Below are positions 36,801-45,800 of a stretch of DNA of 64,000 nt, in pieces. How positions within the stretch are numbered: position 1 is the first letter of the stretch; each line of letters begins with the position of its first letter. The stretch is from Salpingoeca rosetta. Taxonomy: Eukaryota > Protista > Choanoflagellata. The DNA is taken from NCBI GenBank assembly GCA_033442325.1, contig JAWQFM010000021.1:680939-744938 (forward strand), written 5' to 3'. The notes beneath the pieces were generated by a model, which saw only the letters and a list, made by a program, of their open reading frames with translations, was not told where the DNA came from and ran no database searches. The translations under genes were made by a program, and so were the position numbers.

Positions 36801-39800
36801 AGGCGATCCTGAGTGTTGAGCGTGGTGTGATTCCGCGGCACGTGCACTTTGAGGAGCTGAATCCTGCGATTGGGGAGCTACCGCCGAGCGTGCGTGTTGC
36901 GACGGAGACGACGGAATGGCAGAGCGAAGAGCGCGTTGCTGGTGTGAGCTCGTTTGGCTTCAGCGGCACCAACTGTCACATGGTTGTTCAGAACTACTCT
37001 CGCCCTGACACGACTGGCGCTGAGATTGACTGTTTTGATGATCAGGTCTCGTCCTTGCTCTTCTTCTCCGCTCACACCAAGGTTGCGTTGATCGAACAAA
37101 TTGGCACCTTCGTCCAAAGGCTTGACCGCGAATCGGCATCTACATTCACTCGTGCCGCTCGAACCACACACGCCCGTGCTCGGTTGGACCTCTCTGTCCA
37201 GTTCGTGTTTACGTCCCTTGCAGACGCACAAGTTGGGCTTCGGTCCTGGCTGCAGTCGGCTCGATCGATCGACCACCTGGACCAGCCGCTTCTGCTTGAC
37301 TTTGGTGATGTCCACTCCCGTTCTGAATCTCTGCTGTTGGCACTTCCGATGTCATCTGCATCGCCCCTGGCGAGCATGGTTGAGAGTGCGCGTGAACTCT
37401 GCCCTGGTGCGGATGAGCAACCGCTTGTCGAAGACCTGTGCTTGACGCGTCTCATCGCAGAGCAAGGCCTTGCGGTTTCAGTGGTGAACCACCCGCAGGC
37501 AGATTTGCTGAATGCCTGCACGCAATCATCTGTCACGCTGGAGTCGCTTCTACTGCAAATTTCCACCGCAGCTGAGGCTCCACATTCACCTGATGCCACT
37601 GTTGGCACTTCCTTTTCTGCTGACGCACTGCTGAAGATGCTGTCTTTCCATGGCCAGGTGACAGGCACGGATTGCACTGCGACCGCGCAACTGGCGGGCT
37701 TGTCCACCGACACTCCTCGCAAGGCAAGCGATTGGGTTCACCTCCCCGCGTACCCATTTCAGCACCAGCGGTACTGGATCCACAGTGACAAACCTGTGCA
37801 CATTGGATTGGTTGATGACCGCTTGGTTCTGTCGGAGGTGCCGGGTCTGAAGGACGACACCGTCGCCACAACAGTGACTGCGGAGGATGAGAAGACCAAG
37901 GTCACGGAGCTGTCGGACGTTGCTGCGGAATGGCTCATCATGGATTCGACAAACGCCTGCGATGCACAAGCGCTTGCGCTGCCTGCTGAACGGGTGATCG
38001 TCGCTGACGACCATGTGCTTGACAGCGCATGGGACTTTGATGGTGCCCGGACCATTGCCTTGGCGTGCTCCACGGTTGAGAAAGCCGAGCAACTGGTGTT
38101 CTCCGTGCTGCATGATGTCTCATTGGGCCCAGGTCCATCACCAGCGATGACCGTGCTGTACTGTGCTCAACCTGTGTCCATGTGGACGCCGATTCGCAGC
38201 ATGGTGCAGACCGCACGCTTGGAGCTCGGGCTCACCATCCGCGAACTTGCACTGGATGCAGACGAAGTACCAGGCAAGCTTAGGCCCCTTGCCACACTTG
38301 AATCCGGCCTTTCAGCGATGACACCCACCTTGGCGTGGCCACGTATGCCTGGGTGGCTGTCCGTGCCGCGCACGGCGCTCATCACGGGCGGATCTGGAAG
38401 CCTCGGCCTTCAGACGGCGTGGGTTCTGGCTGAGGAAGGGTTTGCGCGCGTGGTGCTGATGGGGCGTCGATCCACGAAAGCCCTGTCCCCTGAAACGCGG
38501 GACGCAATGGAGCACATGCAGTTGCGCTTTGGCACGAAGGTCTCGTACGTGTCACTTGATTTCACTGCAAGTGATTCAGAGATGCAGGATGCAATGCGGA
38601 GTCTTGCAAGCGTGTTGGGCGATGCACGCACCATTGATTGCATTGTGCATGCTGCAGGCATCAACAAGGACAAGCCCTTCTCCAGCCTGACATGGGATGA
38701 TGTGACTGCTGTTCGCTCAAGCAAGGGCAAGGCCCTTGACGTCCTGTTGCGCCAGCTGGCCACGGCTGACATCGCTGTGGGCATGGCCCTGTTGTATTCG
38801 TCAATCAGCGCTGTGTTTGGCGCGCGCGGGCAAGCGAACTACAGCCTGGCCAATGGAGAGCTCATTGCCCAGGCAGCGTCTCTCACTGCCGCTGGAACCC
38901 CCGCGTGTGCCATCTGCTGGGGACCCTGTGCCAACTCGGCCATGGTGGACAGCTTGACAGCTGCCCACATCGCACGCATGCGAGCGCATGGTGTTGACCT
39001 GCTGTCTGTCAGCGAATTTCGCACGGCCCTGCGCCAGGCGCTGGCAACGGTGGCAACATGCGGCGAGGCCACCAAACCCACTGCACTTGTGGCCTATGCC
39101 AAATGCGATGGTGATGCGCAGGCAGAGGAGACACCAACAAAGGCACAGCAGGAGTCTGCCAGAGCTGAAGCGTGGAACGAAGAGGATCTTGTCACGGAAA
39201 TGTCCGACATTGCCCGCACAGTGTTGTGTTTGCGAGGTGAGGTTGGAGATCCGGATGAAACGACCTTTGGAGACTTGGGCGTGGACTCGCTGCTGGCGGT
39301 TGACATCCAGAAGGAGGTGCAGGAGCGCTTTGGCGTAGCCGTCACAGCGACGTTTGTGTATGATTACCCAACGCTGCGCGAAGCAGCAAGGCACGTGCGG
39401 TCGCTGCTGTCATCTGTCACTCCCGCTGTCAGTGGCGACATGTCACTGGTGCCGTTCCGACACAGCCAGGAGATTGCGGTTGTTGGCGTTGGGCTGCGGT
39501 TTGCCGGATGCGACGACGAGGCGTCGTTCTGGCGCATGCTGGAGGGCGGGGCGTGCACGGTGTCGACGCTGGCATCGCACGCCGGGCAGCGCACGTGGCA
39601 GCTGCAGCGGCCCATCAGCCAGGGCGGCGTGCTGTCGGACGTGAAGAGCTTTGACGCTGCGCTGTTCAACATCTCCAACCGGGAAGCCGTGAGCATGGAC
39701 CCGCAGCAGCGGATCATGCTTGAGACTTACTACCGCGCGCTGGAGAGTGCTGGGATGAACGCTTGAGCAGGCGCGCGCGGTGCGGACGGGGGTGAGGATT

Positions 39801-42800
39801 GGGTCTGTGAGAACGAGTACCACAAGGTGCTTGAGCATGAGCGTGCAGCGGGGACGCTATGAGGCGCAGGCTGGGCACATGATCACGGGGAACCCGAGCA
39901 GTGTGCTTGCTGGGCGCGTGTGCGTATGCGCTTGGGCTCAAGGGTCCGAGCGTTCTTTGTGGACACTGCATGTTCGACGTCGCTTGTTGCTGTGCATCTT
40001 GGATGCCAGTCGCTGCGCAGTGGCGAGAGCGATGTTGTGCTTGCGGGCGGCGTGAACATTGTGCTGCTGCCTGACGGCAACATCCACTTGACGAAGACGC
40101 GAATGCTGTCGAAGCAAGGGCAGTGCCGGGCGTTTGATGCGAGCGCGGACGGGTATGTGCGGTCTGAAGGGTGTGGCGTTGTTGTGCTGAAGCGGCTGGA
40201 GGACGCGGTGCGCGACTGCGACCCGATCCGGGCCGTGATCCGGGGCAGCGCGATGAACCAGGACGGGCGGTCGTCTGGGCTGACTGCGCCGAATGGCCCC
40301 GCGCAGACGGCAGTGATTGAGGCTGCGCTGCGCAGTGCGGGCGTTGCGGCTGGGGATGTTGAGATGCTTGAGGCGCACGGGACGGGGACGCCGCTTGGGG
40401 ATCCGATGGAGATGCAGGCGGCGATTGCGGCGCTGCGCAAGGGCGAGAGTGCGTGTGGGCGCGTGCTGCATGTAGGGTCGATCAAGTCGAACATTGGGCA
40501 TGCGGAGGCGGCGGCTGGTGTTGCGGGCCTGATCAAGGCGATCCTGAGTGTTGAGCGTGGTGTGATTCCGCGGCACGTGCACTTTGAGGAGCTGAATCCT
40601 GCGATTGGGGAGCTACCGCCGAGCGTGCGTGTTGCGACGGAGACGACGGAGTGGCAGAACCCTGAGGCTGATGATGGTGCACCTTTGCTTCTCGCTGATG
40701 GCTCTGGAGCTCGTTTGCTTGGTCACCGCATCGCTGGTGTAAGCTCGTTTGGCTTCAGCGGCACCAACTGCCACGTTGTGGTTCAGAATACGCATTTGCT
40801 CGACACCGAGTCCCTTGCTGCGCCACCGCCGATTCCCCTCGTGTTCTGCTTTGGCAGCCCCTCAGCCGCACACACCTCTCATCGCCTGCGCCAGTGCATG
40901 GCCGGCCTCTCGTCGTCGGACAACGCTGTTGACTTGTTGGGCCTGTGGCTATTTCTCGCTGACAACACCTCCGACTTTGCGCCTGAGGTCGTGATTGTTG
41001 CTCGCACGCGCCAGGACTTCTTGACGGCTGCGTCGACCATCCTCAGCTCGAGCGATGATGCGGAAACCAAGCTTGCCGTGCGCGTGAGCCACGAGGATGA
41101 GCTGCTGCAGCAAGGCGTGTCACCCTTTGACGTGTTTGACGTCTCTGGCCTGGACGACTGGAAACGCGTGCTTCCCTGGATTGAAACCACAGCGGACGCT
41201 GCGACGGTTGCAGAATTGGCATCCGCATTGCCGCTCTCGGAGTTCCTTGGCCGCGTGCTCATCCCACACCTGCAGTCTGAGGTGTCGGACGAGTCCTCCA
41301 CATCGCCGACGGCGCTGCACGACGTGAACCGTCGCGTGTTGGCACCGGTAGTGCAAGAGCTGCTGCATCTTGGCGGCACGGGCGCGACCCTGGCTGACAT
41401 TCGCCGCACCTCCAGCTACAGCAAATGGACGACGCAGTTCATGTCCAAGCGATACTGGCTCACGCCTGGTCCAGGCCTGACGCCAGAGTGTGCTGCGATG
41501 GATACGATGCACACGCTGGAATGGACGACCACGCCGCTTCCGCTTGAACCTCGCGTCACCGCCCGCCGGGAGCGCGCACCCAAGGGGGTGGTGCTGCTTG
41601 ACCTGTTTGGTGCTGCCGACGATGCCCTGCGAAGCGAGTTGCCCCATCGCGTGGATGTGCTTTGCAAGGACGGCACTGCGTGCTCTGTGAGCAAATGCAG
41701 CCTGGCTAGCGCCAAGGGCAGCACAACAGCGACGTTGACGACGTCGTTCGATCTGGCGCCGGCCGACGTGACGCCTCAGCGCGTGTTCGCCCTGCTTTCT
41801 CCTCGGTCCCTTGGCTGGACTGCGGTGCAAGCTGCGGTGGTGTGCGTGCCACAGCTTACCGCGACCGTCAGCATGGCGGCGGTCGTGCAACAACTGTACC
41901 CGTGGCTGCTCAAGTGCATCCAGGAGGGAGTGCGCCTGCGTGTGCTGGTGCCGGAGACGCTTGGCTCGTCAGCCAGCTCTGGCCGTGCTGTTCGCAAGTG
42001 GCAGGCGCTGACCGCGGCTGTTCGCACCGCCTGTCTTGAGCAGCAAACTGTGGATCACGCTGTGGTGTTTGTTGGGGCTGGCGTTGCGCAGCGTGACCTG
42101 GCCAGCGTGCTTCTCGCTGTGGACGACCTGCCACCCGTGACGGGCTTGGTTGCCAGCACTTCCCCGAACAAGGGCATGGATGCGGTATACTTGGAGCCGC
42201 GCGCTGTTCCCCTGTCCCAGAGCAGTGCCTTGACGCAGGGCAGGCTTGTGCCCTCGGCGCACGCGACTGCGCCAGGTGTCGCAACTGGTGACGTGGCTGA
42301 GGTCGTGCTTGTGACGGGTGGCTCTGGTGCACTGGCACAGGTGGCGCGGGACACGCTGGCGCAGCAGTGCTCGTTGTTGGTGCTGCTGACGCGTGCGGAG
42401 TGTGCTGCCGCACAACCGCTGCCACGCGGCTATCTCCGTGGGCATGTGGTGTCGATGACGTGCGACATCACGGACCCGCGCAGCGTCAGGCTCTTGCTTG
42501 TTCGCTTGGGCAGCCTGGTGAAGAAGACACAACCGCAGCGGCGGATTCGGGTGACGAGCGTCGTCCACACGGCTGGGTGCACGCGCGATGCCCCCATCCG
42601 CCACCAGACGCCGGACCTGTTTGAGGAGGTGATGCAGCCGAAAGTGGCTGGTCTGCGCATCCTGCTGCAGGAGCTGTTTTCGTGCGGGCACAGGTGTGAG
42701 AGCGTGCTACTCTTCTCGTCTTCCAGTGCCGTGCTGGGCAGCCCGGGCCAGCTCAACTATGCCGTTGCCAATGCGCTGGCAGACGCAACTGCACGCGAGC

Positions 42801-45800
42801 TTGTGCCCAACACGCACACGATCCACTTTGGGCCTTGGGACCCTGCCGTCGGTGGCATGACGGCGCAGCTGTCGTTGGCCAACAGGGTGCGCATCGAGAG
42901 CCATGGCATGGGCTTCATCACGGAGGCGCAGGGCAAGCTGGCGCTCGCCAGCCTGTGGGCGACATGTCGCCCCGGCCGTGCTGACGAGTTTGCGGAGCAG
43001 GTCACCTGGCAGGAGGTTGCGTGCATTGCGCTTGCCCAGACATCACCTCTCACGCCCAGCGCAGGTGCTGCTGACACGCAAAGGCCAGCAGCGGCCACCT
43101 CTCACGCCGCAGTTGCAACAGGGGCGCACCCAGCAGCCGGTGGCGGCCCGTCAGATGTACGAGAGCTTGTTGCTCGGCTGCTCGGCATGGATGTTTGGGA
43201 CTTGGATGACAAGTCGCCGCTGCTCGCGTTTGGTCTTGATTCGCTGGTGGCGGTGGAGCTCCAGGGACAGCTGCAGCGGCTGTTTGGCGTCACGCTGTCC
43301 TCTGACGAGCTGCTGAGCCCGAGCTGCTCCGTCTCGTTCCTCGCTCGGGAACAGGCCGTCGCAGCAGCCCGCAAGCAGCAAGAGGCGGAGGCGGAGGCGT
43401 GGGCAAGCGAGGCAACAGCCACAGCACCCACACCAGCGCAAAGCGGCGGCATTGTGGGGTTTGTCCCACCAACGCCCACCGCCGCTGCTGCCGCCGCCAG
43501 TGGAGGTGGACTGGAGGCGGCAGACTTTGGCGTGCTGGAGTTGCTTCGCAGCCTTCCTCTAGCGCCCGCGCTGCTGTCAGACATTGACTCGCTGTTGTCC
43601 AAGCTGCGTGGGCCCACAGCCATCCCTGCTGGTCCCCTGAGCGGTGGCGGGCGCGCGGCAACCCCAACGGCCGTGCAGCTGCTGGACCGGTACGGTGCAC
43701 GGTTTGGGCGGGGGCGATCCGGGTCGCGAACACCAACACCGCAGCCGCGCACGGCCTCCCCTGCATTCAGGCCGCCACAGCTGGCGTCCAGGCTGCACCA
43801 CGTTCAGCAGCAACAGCAGCAGCTGCAGCTGCTGCAGCAGCAGGGTCAGTACCACCCATCCACATCTGATGCGGGTTCGGAAGCTGCTGTTCGCAGGCCT
43901 GGTGGTGTGCTGACAGAGCTGTCACTGAACCAGCGTGCCATGTGGTATCTGTGGAAGACCCTCCCCCAGGCAGATGCGTACAACATCTGCTACGTTGCGC
44001 GTGCGCGGCAGAAGCTGGACGTTGCTCGCTTGGAGCAGAGCCTTGCCGCTGTCGTGGACCACCACGCTTGCCTGCGACAGGTGTTTGATGAGGAGACGGG
44101 AGATCCGAGCACGCTGACGGTTGCCGATGCCCTCCGCTTCACGACCCGACCCATTCCAGGCGTGGGCCACGACCAAGATGTGGCAGCAACAACAACTGCA
44201 GCTTCGACAGCAGAAGAAACGCCGGAGCAGGCAGTGCTGCGTGCCGTGGCCCAAGTCCTGCGGCAGCAATGGTCGCTCTCTGAGGGCCCTGTTGTGGACT
44301 GCATGGTGTTTGCAAATGCCACGGAGCAGTACGTGGCCTTGTTTGTGCACCACATCTCTGCCGACTTTGTTGCGCTGCACACACTTGCGGAGGAGTGGAT
44401 GGCGCTGTACGCTGGCCGCTCTGCGCTGCCATCCGGTGCGGTGGAGCCGACATACAAGGACTTCATTGCCTGGCAGGCGCAACAGCAGGTGGCCCTGCGC
44501 GATGCCGCCCTCTCCTACTACGAGGCGGAGCTGAGCCGCCTGCCGGCAGACCGGTCCCAGTTGCCGCCCGAGCTGCGTGCGGGCGACGAGGACAGCGGTG
44601 ACGTTGACGGTGGCGGTGGCGCTGATCACGGCCACTCCGTGCAGTTCACCCTGCCACGCACGGAAGGGGATGCCCTGCTTGCCACCAGCAGGCAGCAGCA
44701 CGTGACGGTGTTTGCGCTGCTGTTGTCGCTGTATCAGCTCGTGCTGTCGCACGCGGCCAGCGAGCGTGAGCTGTGCGTGCTGTGCCCGACCGCGGGTCGC
44801 CCCGCCGAGTTTCGGCAGGTGGTGGGGCACTTCATCAACACGGTGCCCGTGCACACAACGGTGGACATGTCACGCACGCTTGCCCAGCACGTGCAAGCGG
44901 TGTTTGCAGGTGTGCAGCGCGCCATGCGCTTCCAGCACTTTTTCTTCTCCAACGTGGTGCGTGCCATGCCCCATGTGCGGCGGGCAGGTGCCAGTCAGCC
45001 CATCAGCGACGTGGCCCTCAACTTCTTTGACACCGGCGGCCTGCGCAGTCACGGCGTGCGTGGCGACAGTGGTGCGAGTGGGACGAGTGGTGCGAGTAGT
45101 GCGCTGGAAGCCTTGACTGTGGCCCAGCAGATGACTGCGTTCGCGCTGATGCTTCATGTGGTTCGCAAGGGTGACGGCGAGTGGCACGTTGAGCTGCGCT
45201 CCCGAAAGAGCACCGCGGCAGCCCGTGAGTGCCTGGCGCGTATGTCGTGGCAGCTGGAGACGGTGATGCGGCGACTCGCAGCAAACCGCGAAGGCGTGCT
45301 TGCAGGCAACATTGGGCACACCATGGTGCAGGCGGACGTGCTGAGCCTGTATCGCTTCCAGCCACAGCACGAGCACCAGCTGCTGCATGAGCTGTCGCGG
45401 CAAGGCCTGGAGCGCGGCGCATGTTCGCTGTCGGACCTGGCCGTCGCCGACGAGGACGGCGAGCTCACGGTTGCCGAGTACCTGTGGCTGGCCAACCGCG
45501 TGCATGCGTGGCTGACGGACAAGGGCCTGCCCAAGGGCACCCCCGTGGGGCTGGACATGCCCAAGTGCCGGTATCAGCTGGCTGCGGCCGTGGGTGTGCT
45601 GCAGGCTGGCTGTGCGTTTGTGCCGTTCTCGGGAACGTGGCCGGATGAGCGCACGGCGCTGGTGCGAGACAAGTGCGAGCTGCGGGTTGTGCTGTCGATT
45701 CGCGGCGCCGGTGCCCCCGCTCTGCAAGGACTGGAGCGCATCGAGCTTGACGCGTTGCACGAGGACCTCCGGACGCAGCTCGGCGCTGCGAAGGGCACGA

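Noticed and set aside
34640-36847. 735 aa antisense ORF and similar minus-strand ORFs over the PKS
   Set aside because: By-product of high GC and skewed codon usage on the coding strand; the translations have no recognisable domains.
27931-39920. Four separate PKS genes as implied by the ORF track
   Set aside because: Each break falls in or at the start of a KS domain and the halves complement each other, so these are frameshifts rather than gene boundaries.
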